This document shows positions 1 to 8,829 of a stretch of DNA of 64,000 nucleotides, in pieces. The notes under the pieces were generated by a model. It was given only the letters and a program-made list of their open reading frames with translations, did no database searches and was not told where the DNA came from. Within the stretch, counting starts at the first letter, position 1, and the number at the start of each line of letters is the position of its first letter. Source of the DNA: an uncultured Pseudomonadota bacterium (GTDB taxonomy: Bacteria; Pseudomonadota; Alphaproteobacteria; Rs-D84); contig CASETE010000004.1 in NCBI GenBank assembly GCA_949290785.1, forward strand, positions 12,794 through 76,793, written 5' to 3'. Position numbers and translations under genes: made by a program.

Positions 1-214
1 CGTTTCCCATACGTTGAACAATATTTCCTTTGACAATAACAGGAACATCATCGCGCATTTCTTTTACTTGATTAACGTTAATGATTGTTTCTGTTCCACC
101 GACAAAACCACCTTTTACGGTTGGTTGTTGAGCATTATTACCGGGCTGGAACCCCGCATTTGCGGTTCCTGCAACCAAAGTACAAACAACTGCCAAAACA
201 TAACTTTTTTTCAT
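1..214 (-). CDS. YgiW/BOF-family periplasmic OB-fold protein, N-terminal part only (gene continues beyond window start)
   Basis: Not in the ORF track because it runs off the edge. Hand translation from ATG 214-212 gives MKKSYVLAVVCTLVAGTANAGFQPGNNAQQPTVKGGFVGGTETIINVNQVKEMRDDVPVIVKGNIVQRMGN. This has a signal peptide plus the RDD..V...GNIV.R core remembered from E. coli YgiW. A GGGGG Shine-Dalgarno lies 7 nt upstream. Confidence 0.6.
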   Translation of the reverse strand, partial: MKKSYVLAVVCTLVAGTANAGFQPGNNAQQPTVKGGFVGGTETIINVNQVKEMRDDVPVIVKGNIVQRMGN

Positions 215-321
215 GGATTTACCCCCTTTTGTTTAATTTTACAGTATTCATTATATCACAAAATTCCCCATAAAAGTCTAGGAATAAAAATGTTTTTTAT
301 CCCCGCTTTCGCGGGGATTCA

Positions 322-2814
322 TTACATAACGATATCTTCACATACAGGCTCCGACACTTCTGTCGTACATTCTGTATTCCGGCTGTTATGGAACCAACTG
401 CTACTACCTGTTGTCTTACAATTTTCTTTTGATATCGTTGTACATATATGGCAAGTTCTTGTATCACGACTAAATATCGCAGTTACTTCTTTAGTCATTC
501 CACCACCACTTAAACTTGAGCCTCCCAAATATCCGCTATTAGAAAACTTTACACCACCCGATTTTACGACTCCTGTTCCGCCTTTTGATAAATCTTCAAT
601 TGACAAACCGGCCCCAACATCATAACTGATAGAATAAGGTGGAGTTAGTGGCGTTGTCGCATCAGTACTTATACCTAAATCACTGCCACCATTTTCTGCA
701 ATCTTTTGACACATATACTGCGCCAAATCCACAGAAGCGTTTTTGGTTGCATCGGCAATCGCCGTATTTAACTTTGCGTTATAATTATCCTGAGCCTGAC
801 GCAATGCAGCAACCGCAATTTGCATTTTTACTTGATTCAATAGATTTGGAAAACGTCCCGTTGTTTTTGCACCGGATTTACCTGTTATTTGCGATAAATC
901 ACGACCGTTTACACAGAATTGAATTTCGGGGTCTTCTTCTATCATCGCAATTGTGCGATTGATTGTTCCTGCGATATTATTCAACTCTTCTTCTATGGAC
1001 GATATGATACCATCTGCATTTGCGACACCGGCGTTTTTCTCGCGGATTTTAGCAATGTATTCTTGGACGCCGATTTCACCCGGTCCCAATGTTACATTTC
1101 CTTCGGCGCCCGCATCAACTGTTTTACCGGAAGAATCGCCCATTTTTATGCTGCCGAAAGAAATCATACCAGTTACACGATATATATTGCCATCCTTTTG
1201 AGAACGTAATGAACCGGTTCCCAATGTATCATCGGCAGCAAACTTGTTACAATCAGTTGTGCTGCCACAAACCTCGGTCATCTTTTGATCAACTAAATTC
1301 TGACACTGTTCAATTGCAGCGTTATCAATATTCAAATACAACCCCATTAACATGCCATCCAAATCATCCATAGAGAAATTTGGATTATTTGCCTTGCAGA
1401 CGACCAAAGAATCTAATGGGCAAATGTCATGGATATAGTCATAGTCCATACCAATGCAATTTTCAAAGTTAGGACCGCAACGTGTATCCGCCGTAAAACA
1501 GTCTTTCACTTCTTGGGTACAGGCATCTACACGCATTGCTGCCAACTTATCTTCAACATATCCCCAAATAAGCGGTTCCATTCTTTCACAAGGGTCTATT
1601 TCAACCTTGCAAAAACTGCGCGCCATATCAGGACGCGATAAACAAGCGTCCATTGTTGCAATGCCCTTGCCTGCGATATCGTCTTTACACGCCTGTTGAA
1701 TACAATTAGAAATGTTGGTCAAACAAGACTGACGGAACTTTGATTCTGCCTGACTTTCGGCAAGCCTAATTGTTGGTGCAGCTTCGCGCAGGAAATTTGG
1801 CCAAACCATATCACGAACTGCAACGCAGTTATCTAACACATTTTCACAGATTACTCGTTTTGAATTTAAAACGTCCATAGTAGAGGCAGTTATGTCATAA
1901 GTTTCAACGCTTTGAACTTTTGTTCCGGCGGTACTTACGGTTTCATTATTTTGCATATTTTCTGACGCGACAATAGAAACACAATTCTCCCAATTTTCAC
2001 CGCATGCATCCGTTGTCAACATACACTTTTTAAACTCTACCATACATTGACCCAGGTCATATTTATTTGCTTCTTCAAAACTTTCTTGCAACGCCTGTCT
2101 GACTGCGGATTCCGCGCTTGCCAATTCGGCTTCGGCTTCGGCTTTCTTTTTAGTCAGCGTATTTTTGAACCCCAAACAATCCGAGGTTATTTGTCTGGAA
2201 TACAACTGTTCTAAGAAAGGTAAATCACCAGAACAAGATTCCGGTAACTGAGCGTTACATAAATCTTTGGCAGCTTTGTATAATGCGTTACCTGTTTTAT
2301 TTGCCAAACTGGTTATGTCGCTTTCTTCCGTTTCTTCATACGAGTTATCTTCAAACAAGGCTAATAAACTTGCACGTTCTTGTGATTTTTTTTCTTCCGC
2401 CGTTATTTCCGTATCGGAAATTATATTTCCATCTGCGTCATATTTGCGCTGACCCGTAAAAACAATATCTGCATTTGCGCCGGCTTTTACACGTTCAACT
2501 TCCACCGTCTTAATACGATTCGCCTCGTTTAACATATCTTGGATATCTGCGAAATCTTTTTCGTACTGAATGCTGTCGTCACTGCAAGTACAACTGCCAC
2601 CATTAGAATTATCTGTTATACAAAACTGATCCATACAACCAAAATAAGCATTATAACAGTCTTGATCATACAAACCGGTTGTTTCTGTACGAGTACGGAC
2701 GGTTGTTCCTTGTTGAATTGCAGATTGTTTCTTGGCAGTCGTTGCCGCATAAACTGCGCCAATAAACATACACATTACACATGATACAGGAACAATCGTT
2801 TTTCTTAGTTTCAT
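322..2814 (-). CDS. Large secreted cysteine-rich protein, family member 1 (about 830 aa), function unknown
   Basis: Long ORF 322..2850. The internal ATG at 2814 (MKLRKTIVPVSCVMCMFIGAVYA, signal peptide) is preceded by a GGGGGA RBS. It has dozens of Cys and the motifs DCYNAYFGCMDQFCITDNSNGGSCTCSD and NKYDLGQCMVEFKKCMLTTDACGENWENC, both shared with paralogs in this window. Confidence 0.85.
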   Translation of the reverse strand: MKLRKTIVPVSCVMCMFIGAVYAATTAKKQSAIQQGTTVRTRTETTGLYDQDCYNAYFGCMDQFCITDNSNGGSCTCSDDSIQYEKDFADIQDMLNEANRIKTVEVERVKAGANADIVFTGQRKYDADGNIISDTEITAEEKKSQERASLLALFEDNSYEETEESDITSLANKTGNALYKAAKDLCNAQLPESCSGDLPFLEQLYSRQITSDCLGFKNTLTKKKAEAEAELASAESAVRQALQESFEEANKYDLGQCMVEFKKCMLTTDACGENWENCVSIVASENMQNNETVSTAGTKVQSVETYDITASTMDVLNSKRVICENVLDNCVAVRDMVWPNFLREAAPTIRLAESQAESKFRQSCLTNISNCIQQACKDDIAGKGIATMDACLSRPDMARSFCKVEIDPCERMEPLIWGYVEDKLAAMRVDACTQEVKDCFTADTRCGPNFENCIGMDYDYIHDICPLDSLVVCKANNPNFSMDDLDGMLMGLYLNIDNAAIEQCQNLVDQKMTEVCGSTTDCNKFAADDTLGTGSLRSQKDGNIYRVTGMISFGSIKMGDSSGKTVDAGAEGNVTLGPGEIGVQEYIAKIREKNAGVANADGIISSIEEELNNIAGTINRTIAMIEEDPEIQFCVNGRDLSQITGKSGAKTTGRFPNLLNQVKMQIAVAALRQAQDNYNAKLNTAIADATKNASVDLAQYMCQKIAENGGSDLGISTDATTPLTPPYSISYDVGAGLSIEDLSKGGTGVVKSGGVKFSNSGYLGGSSLSGGGMTKEVTAIFSRDTRTCHICTTISKENCKTTGSSSWFHNSRNTECTTEVSEPVCEDIVM

Positions 2815-2831
2815 TTTTCCCCCACATACTT

Positions 2832-2850
2832 TTGTACATATGTTGTACAA
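2832..2850. promoter_or_regulatory. Perfect 7-bp inverted repeat TTGTACA-N5-TGTACAA in the 60-bp gap between two Cys-rich genes (operator-like)
   Basis: The plus strand reads ttgtacatatgttgtacaa. It lies 18 nt upstream of the 2814 start codon on the minus strand. Confidence 0.3.
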
Positions 2851-2874
2851 ACAAACATGTAATTCGCTGACGAA

Positions 2875-5037
2875 TTACATGTTAACGTCTTCGCAAGATT
2901 CAATTTCTTGACAGAATTCTTCCTCGCCCGCGGCGCTGCGACCTGCAAAGAAACCGCCAACTGCACCAACCACGCCACCGATTGCAGTTCCCCAACCCGG
3001 CGTAACCATTGTACCAGCCGCCGCACCGGCAGAAAGCCCCCCTGCAAGCCCCTTTAATCCTGCTGTGCCCTTGCTTTCACCGCCAACCTCGCAAACCTGT
3101 TGAACGCGACATACATGACAGTTTCGCAAATCCGGTTCAAAAGAAACGCTTCTTATGTAACTGTAATTACCGCTTTTAGAACTCGGCGTTTCAACTTTAT
3201 ATGTATTAAAGCAATTTCTTTCCGCCTCTTCTAAATCCTGCTGACGTGATAATTCAGCAATTTTTGTTTCCAGTTCACGCATAGCGCGATTTTCTGCATT
3301 TATCTGCGCAATCATTTTTGCGCTATTAAATACAGTACTTCCCAAACTTTTACGGTCGGCTGGTTTTTGACTGTCTTGACAAGCAGCCACTGTTATATCT
3401 TGTTCAAACTGTTTAAAGAACTCGTTTACAGTATTTTCCGTATTTGCACGAACCGTTTCACGCAACTCCGCCAACGCTTGTTCTGTATCTGGAACGGCAA
3501 CCAAAGATACGATTTTTGTATCGGTCGGCAAGCAAGACATATCCGTACCGCAAACAGCACCCAATTGTTCACCAAAATAATTCAAGCACCCCTGCAACAT
3601 CTGATAATCCATCTGCAATAACGCCGCCTGCACAATTATATCAAACTGCGTTTCATTTTTACATGATGGGAACATAGTCTGCGGACATAATTGTGCTATT
3701 TCATTTGCGCTTTTACCGACACATTCTGGCGCTGTGAAGTTTTCACCACACCTGTCGCGTAAACATTGGTCAATATCATTTTGACAAAACTGAGTACGCA
3801 AATATCCCAACTTATCATTTACAACTGATTTTATACCTGGAATCATGGCTTCACATTCATCAATAACCGGGCACACACCAGCCGCAACATTAACATCCGT
3901 TAAGCAAGCCGAATTTGTATCCGTAGAACAACTATCTTCCAAGCAAACTTGTATTCTTGCCAAGCATGTTCCACGCGCATTTTTATCTGCATACTTTGCG
4001 GCATCTGCCAATATACTTTTTGATTCCGCTTCCCAATCTTGTAAAACGTATTCACGTACCGCCATACATTGATCCAAGACATTTTCGCATGCATTTGCAC
4101 GTCTCCCCAGCAAGTCGGCGTCTAAGCAATTTTCAAAATTAACACCGCATCCGCCTTTATCAGCAATACACGCACGATACGCCAACAAACATTCACCACG
4201 GTTATACTTATTAGTCGTATCTAACATTTCAAGACGCGCTTGACGAACTGCGGCTTCGGCCGTACGTTTATTAGATTCCGCTATAGATTTCTGGTCATTT
4301 AAATAAGATTCAAACGCCTTACAATCTTGCACAATTTGACGCGCATACAACATTTCTTCCATTTCAGCAGTACTACCACAAGCCTCTAACTTACTGGCAC
4401 AAAATTCTGCAGCCATAGAATACAAACCGTCACCTATCAAATCATCGGCACCAAGGCTTGCCTCTGTTTCCGTACCGTCATTAATCCAATCAGCAAAACT
4501 TATTCCTGACGCCTTTGAACTTTTTTGCGCCTGCGCACTTTCACCAAATACTAATTTTGCCTGCGCACCAAGTTGCTCGCGCTCTACCCCTTCGGTATAT
4601 AATAAATCAGCCTCTTTTTGCAAATCTTGAATTTCTTGAATCAACGACTTTGACTGACGAATATTATCCGAGCAAGCACATCTACTACCTTCTGACTCAT
4701 CAAGCAAACAAAATTCATCCATACAAGCACGATATGCATCCCTACAACTCGTACTTATTGCCACACCAGAATCGTCTGTATTGTCGTCTGTTGTATTATC
4801 AGTGGCACCACCATTAGAACTTCCACCGCCGCTTGTACCACCGGGTTTAGTAGACATTGTCGGATTAGTCGGCCCAGAATTACTAGAACTGTTTATATTT
4901 GTCGCCATATTAGGCATTCTGGCCCCCGCCTGCGACATACGCGTTACACCAACCCTTACACTGGAATCACTGCGATCTGCACCAAAAGCTAATCCTGGCA
5001 CAGTCATAAGAAACGCTAAAAACAAACCTAATTTCAT
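2875..5037 (-). CDS. Large secreted cysteine-rich protein, family member 2 (720 aa) with C-terminal glycine-zipper segment
   Basis: Signal peptide MKLGLFLAFLMTVPGLAFGA. Motifs SCRDAYRACMDEFCLLDESEGSRCACSD and NKYNRGECLLAYRACIADKGGCGVNFENC. The C-terminus reads GLAGGLSAGAAAGTMVTPGWGTAIGGVVGAVGGFFAG followed by ...CEDVNM. Confidence 0.85.
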   Translation of the reverse strand: MKLGLFLAFLMTVPGLAFGADRSDSSVRVGVTRMSQAGARMPNMATNINSSSNSGPTNPTMSTKPGGTSGGGSSNGGATDNTTDDNTDDSGVAISTSCRDAYRACMDEFCLLDESEGSRCACSDNIRQSKSLIQEIQDLQKEADLLYTEGVEREQLGAQAKLVFGESAQAQKSSKASGISFADWINDGTETEASLGADDLIGDGLYSMAAEFCASKLEACGSTAEMEEMLYARQIVQDCKAFESYLNDQKSIAESNKRTAEAAVRQARLEMLDTTNKYNRGECLLAYRACIADKGGCGVNFENCLDADLLGRRANACENVLDQCMAVREYVLQDWEAESKSILADAAKYADKNARGTCLARIQVCLEDSCSTDTNSACLTDVNVAAGVCPVIDECEAMIPGIKSVVNDKLGYLRTQFCQNDIDQCLRDRCGENFTAPECVGKSANEIAQLCPQTMFPSCKNETQFDIIVQAALLQMDYQMLQGCLNYFGEQLGAVCGTDMSCLPTDTKIVSLVAVPDTEQALAELRETVRANTENTVNEFFKQFEQDITVAACQDSQKPADRKSLGSTVFNSAKMIAQINAENRAMRELETKIAELSRQQDLEEAERNCFNTYKVETPSSKSGNYSYIRSVSFEPDLRNCHVCRVQQVCEVGGESKGTAGLKGLAGGLSAGAAAGTMVTPGWGTAIGGVVGAVGGFFAGRSAAGEEEFCQEIESCEDVNM

Positions 5038-5063
5038 TTTAATCCCACCCTACAATTGATATA

Positions 5064-5092
5064 ATTTTACCAAAATAAGTTCTCTGGCGCAA
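5064..5092 (-). promoter_or_regulatory. Candidate sigma70 promoter for 2875..5037 (TTGCGC-17-TAAAAT, TGG just upstream of -10)
   Basis: Read on the minus strand: GCTTGCGCCAGAGAACTTATTTTGGTAAAATTATATC. Confidence 0.35.
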
Positions 5093-5166
5093 GCAGATAA
5101 AAACAACTTGATTTTTTATGTTTAAAACAGTACCATTCAACGCATAAAATTTGAATAAGGTTACAT

Positions 5167-5418
5167 ATGGCAAAAGACGACGTAATTGTTTTTAGCGGTA
5201 CCGTAGAAGATAAACTGCCAAACACTATGTTTCGCGTAAAATTGGAAAACGGTCATGAAATTTTAGCAACTGTTTGCGGTAAAATGCGCAAGGCGCGCAT
5301 CTGGGTTAACGTTGGCGAAAAAGTTCGCGTTGAAATGACCCCTTATGATTTAGACAAAGGACGTATAACTTTCGTTGAGCGCACCCGTCAAACAGGCGAT
5401 CAAAACCAATCTATGTAA
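5167..5418 (+). CDS. infA: Translation initiation factor IF-1
   Basis: The 83-aa sequence [72 protein letters not shown] is the canonical IF-1 S1-fold sequence. Confidence 0.95.
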   Translation: MAKDDVIVFSGTVEDKLPNTMFRVKLENGHEILATVCGKMRKARIWVNVGEKVRVEMTPYDLDKGRITFVERTRQTGDQNQSM

Positions 5419-5443
5419 AGTTGCCGAAGTCGGCGACTTTTTT
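5419..5443 (+). terminator. Intrinsic terminator after infA
   Basis: aagttgccg-aagt-cggcgactt stem-loop followed by TTTTT. Confidence 0.6.
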
Positions 5444-5508
5444 ATTATAATCGGCGCAAATACTTCTTTCATTAAAAAGACATTTTTGATATCATTATTA
5501 AGATAATA

Positions 5509-7962
5509 ATGAAAAAGAATTTACTTTTTATACTTATATGCCTTTTATGCATTGACAACGTCAATGCTGCTGTTCGCAGTGAAACAACCGTCAATCGTAA
5601 CGTTGGTGATAACTCCACAACAAATACGATAGTGGCAAGAACGGCAACAACCCCAACGACAAGAACACAAGCCTCTCAAAGTACGACACGTACATCTACT
5701 CTATCAACCGCACGTAACACAGAAAACACAGTTAACCGCAGTGCAATAACCAGAACAAATTTGCAACAGAACGTGTCGCGCAGTGCCGCCAACCCACGCA
5801 GCGGCTCGAACGCACTATCAACCGCCCGAAGCGCTGCAAACACATCCATAGTACGCAGCGCTACGAACGCCAGAAAAACTATTACGAACACAACCCAGGG
5901 CGTATCCAAGGCATCCGTTGCGCGCGCGGCAACACAATCAACGAATACTTTTGGCACTGGATATAACATTTGTCGTGACGCTTACTTTACATGTATGGAC
6001 CAGTTTTGTGCAACAGCAAATACCACCTATCGCAGATGTGTATGTTCATCGCGTCTAACAGACATACAAGACAAAGAGCGTGCGTTATCCCAAGCAGCCA
6101 ACCAACTGCAAGACTTCAAGGATTTAAATATAGAAGTTATACCGAAAACTGCTGCGGAAGTAAACGCAATGATATCCGCAAGCGAAGGTGAAAGTTCACT
6201 ATCTATGACCAAAAATACAACATCGGAAACATTGGCAGGCATCAGCGAAATATTAAGTTCTAACAAATCTAAATCTTTATCAACGCTTGGGACCCTAGAC
6301 ATAGCGGGCGATATAAATCAAATTTGGGCGACGACAGATTTAGCATCTGGTCAAGCAATATCTAATTTGACCGGCGAATCTTTGTACAACGCCGTTCATG
6401 CGCAATGTTCGGAATTAGTAAAAGCAAACTGTGGCGACAACACGACGTTACAAATGGTTGTATCGGCATATGGAATGTACATAGAAAACGATTGTACAAC
6501 CTTATTAAATTCTCTGGATTCACAGTTACAAAAAGCAAACAGCACGATACGTGAAACCGAACGTGAAATGAATCTAGCAAGGCTGGAAAATTATAATGCG
6601 CACAACTCTACTGCTATAAACGATTGCATCGCACAGGTACGCAAAGACATAACCGCCGATACCGCATGCGGTACGGATTATGTCCACTGCTTGGATATCA
6701 CAGGCAGGTATCTTAACCGTGACACTGGCGAGCCAATTTATTCAAGGGATTTTTATCAATTGCAAAATCAAACTTCTTTGGACGGCGACGTATTGACGAA
6801 TCCGACGAATCGGATGCTGGTAGCAGAATTAAACCGCAAACGTGCGTTTGCAGAAAACGGTCTGTCAACGTGCAGGGACATTGCTGACGAGGTATGGGAC
6901 GAATTCATGCGCCAAGCAATTACAGAAATATACCAAGGGCAACAGGCAAAAATCAGAGACGTCAAAAACGATTGCCTTGATACCGTTAACTTATGCTACG
7001 ACGAACAAAGCGAATCCTTGAAAGACTTTAGTAATATCAAAGAAGAATTATTATTAGGTTCCAGATTGGAATTATCAGAAGAATTGTGCCAAGAAAAATT
7101 ATACGCATGCAGTAATTTATATGGCGACCCCAACGGTGACGGCCTTAATTTGCTTATATCTGCGATGCACGACATAACAGACCAAAAGATTGCAAAAGAA
7201 TGTCGGACATTATTGGAAGAATATGCCCAAGATTTATGTACCGTCCCCAGCAACGACAGCTTACATTCTTATCCTTATGCCTGTCGCGTTTATGCACCTG
7301 GCGACCAAATTTACGCATCAAATTGGTATTGCAATCAATTACAATGGTCTACAAATACAGGTGGCACGACAGACGATTCAATTGGTCCCGCGCCCGCCAA
7401 TGGTTATAACTGTCCAACATTCAAACGGTACAAATCGTGTAATTTTGGATATTACCTTGCCACACTACAAACAGACGGGAATTGGATATACACATCAACG
7501 CCAATGTTTAATAACGCATGTATCAGATGTCCGTCTAACGCGCAATGCGCCGGTGGAACGACGGGCCCCGTATACGGCGATGAAAGCGGTGACGGTTCAG
7601 GTGCACCAGACTGCGGGACAGACTATGCGGGCAGTTTATATCAAAAGGTTGTAAAATACGCAACCCAGGTATGCATACGTCCATCTGAACTAGAAAACAT
7701 AATATCAGGGAAAACACAACTGCCCACAAATATATTAGAAGACGTAAATGTGGTAATGGATTCAATTCGTGTATCCATGTCACAGTCTTTATCGGCAGAA
7801 TGTGACAGGCTTGGTGGCACATGGGTAAACACACCATGGGTAGAGGGCTCAACCGGCGGTACAACGTTATTTAAAGCGTTCTATGATGAAACAGGCGCAA
7901 ATACTAAGTGGGGATATTGTGCGGACCCCAGCAGCATTTCAACATTAAATTCTGGTAACTAG
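5509..7962 (+). CDS. Large secreted cysteine-rich protein, family member 3 (817 aa)
   Basis: Signal peptide MKKNLLFILICLLCIDNVNA, then about 130 aa of R/S/A/T/N low complexity (RSAANPRS, RSAANTSIVRSATNARK), then ICRDAYFTCMDQFCATANTTYRRCVCSS and many further Cys. Confidence 0.85.
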   Translation: MKKNLLFILICLLCIDNVNAAVRSETTVNRNVGDNSTTNTIVARTATTPTTRTQASQSTTRTSTLSTARNTENTVNRSAITRTNLQQNVSRSAANPRSGSNALSTARSAANTSIVRSATNARKTITNTTQGVSKASVARAATQSTNTFGTGYNICRDAYFTCMDQFCATANTTYRRCVCSSRLTDIQDKERALSQAANQLQDFKDLNIEVIPKTAAEVNAMISASEGESSLSMTKNTTSETLAGISEILSSNKSKSLSTLGTLDIAGDINQIWATTDLASGQAISNLTGESLYNAVHAQCSELVKANCGDNTTLQMVVSAYGMYIENDCTTLLNSLDSQLQKANSTIRETEREMNLARLENYNAHNSTAINDCIAQVRKDITADTACGTDYVHCLDITGRYLNRDTGEPIYSRDFYQLQNQTSLDGDVLTNPTNRMLVAELNRKRAFAENGLSTCRDIADEVWDEFMRQAITEIYQGQQAKIRDVKNDCLDTVNLCYDEQSESLKDFSNIKEELLLGSRLELSEELCQEKLYACSNLYGDPNGDGLNLLISAMHDITDQKIAKECRTLLEEYAQDLCTVPSNDSLHSYPYACRVYAPGDQIYASNWYCNQLQWSTNTGGTTDDSIGPAPANGYNCPTFKRYKSCNFGYYLATLQTDGNWIYTSTPMFNNACIRCPSNAQCAGGTTGPVYGDESGDGSGAPDCGTDYAGSLYQKVVKYATQVCIRPSELENIISGKTQLPTNILEDVNVVMDSIRVSMSQSLSAECDRLGGTWVNTPWVEGSTGGTTLFKAFYDETGANTKWGYCADPSSISTLNSGN

Positions 7963-8044
7963 AAAAATTTTTATAAACCGTGATGAAAGGAATCTTGCGA
8001 TAAAAAAAACTTTTTGATACAATACAAATTATAAAGAGTAAAGA

Positions 8045-8749
8045 ATGAGGAAAATTTTTACAGTTTCTTTTATAAGTTTACTTATTGCAAGCCCCGCCGT
8101 TTCCGCAACGCCGTGGTGGCAACAACCGACCGTATGTCGTCTTGACCCGACAAATTGTTATACCAGTATGGGCATCGGGTACGATAGTGAATTGTGGGAT
8201 ACTAACGGCGGTTGTTGGGGTATGAAATTAATCTGTCCCGAAGCATTGATAAGCACATCGGAAAGTCAACCCATACCTATGGGCAAATCAGACATCGCAA
8301 AAAGTAAAAATATAAAACAAGATTTTGATACGAATAAACTAAACGGCGATTGTTTCGGCGTTCGCAAGACTATTTCTGACGGCGCAATGGCGTCCGTTAA
8401 CGGTCAATACGTAAAGGTTTGGTGTAACGGCGTTTTGAATAACCCAGATGAATTCTTACCAAACGGTGAAATAACATTCGGTGAACAACCCAGTTGTTCT
8501 GAATTGGCGGACTATGGTTATGTCGCCGTTGTAGATAATAATTGCTATGGGAAATATTATGACCCTTCAGAATACCGTATTGAATGTGACAGCGATGATG
8601 TATTACCGTCTCGTTTGGTGATATTAAACGGCGCGGATTATTCTACTACATCGGGAAAATTCCCTGCCGACGTATCTGCTGCGAACAAAATATTTGACGC
8701 AATGGAAAACGTATCTGAAAATCAACGTTCAAAATACTATAAAAACTAG
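8045..8749 (+). CDS. Secreted Cys-containing hypothetical protein (234 aa)
   Basis: Signal peptide MRKIFTVSFISLLIASPAVSA. Same strand as, and 82 bp after, the preceding Cys-rich gene. No recognisable domain. Confidence 0.7.
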   Translation: MRKIFTVSFISLLIASPAVSATPWWQQPTVCRLDPTNCYTSMGIGYDSELWDTNGGCWGMKLICPEALISTSESQPIPMGKSDIAKSKNIKQDFDTNKLNGDCFGVRKTISDGAMASVNGQYVKVWCNGVLNNPDEFLPNGEITFGEQPSCSELADYGYVAVVDNNCYGKYYDPSEYRIECDSDDVLPSRLVILNGADYSTTSGKFPADVSAANKIFDAMENVSENQRSKYYKN

Positions 8750-8785
8750 ATAAAAAAACTTATATTTATTTTCATAAAAAATAAT

Positions 8786-8816
8786 AAAAATCCCCCAATT
8801 AAATGGGGGATTTTTT
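8786..8816. terminator. Bidirectional intrinsic terminator between convergent genes
   Basis: aaaaa-tccccc-aattaaat-ggggga-tttttt. Confidence 0.75.
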
Positions 8817-8829
8817 ACACGTTTCGGAT

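Noticed and set aside
301-316. Hairpin ccccgc-tttc-gcgggg just downstream of 322..2814 as its terminator.
   Set aside because: On the minus strand it is followed by an A-rich tract rather than a U-rich one. It may still pause or stabilise the transcript, but it is not a canonical intrinsic terminator.
14-625. 203-aa plus-strand ORF at the window start.
   Set aside because: It runs antisense through the YgiW-like gene, an intergenic hairpin and the 3' end of the Cys-rich gene. It has no RBS and no coherent protein features. The opposite-strand genes are well supported.
2386-2393. A8/T8 homopolymer tracts inside Cys-rich genes (2386-2393, 33126-33133) as phase-variation switches.
   Set aside because: They encode Lys-rich runs deep inside the genes of an AT-rich genome. 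Length 8 is marginal, and there is no enrichment near 5' ends. Nothing in this single sequence shows variation.
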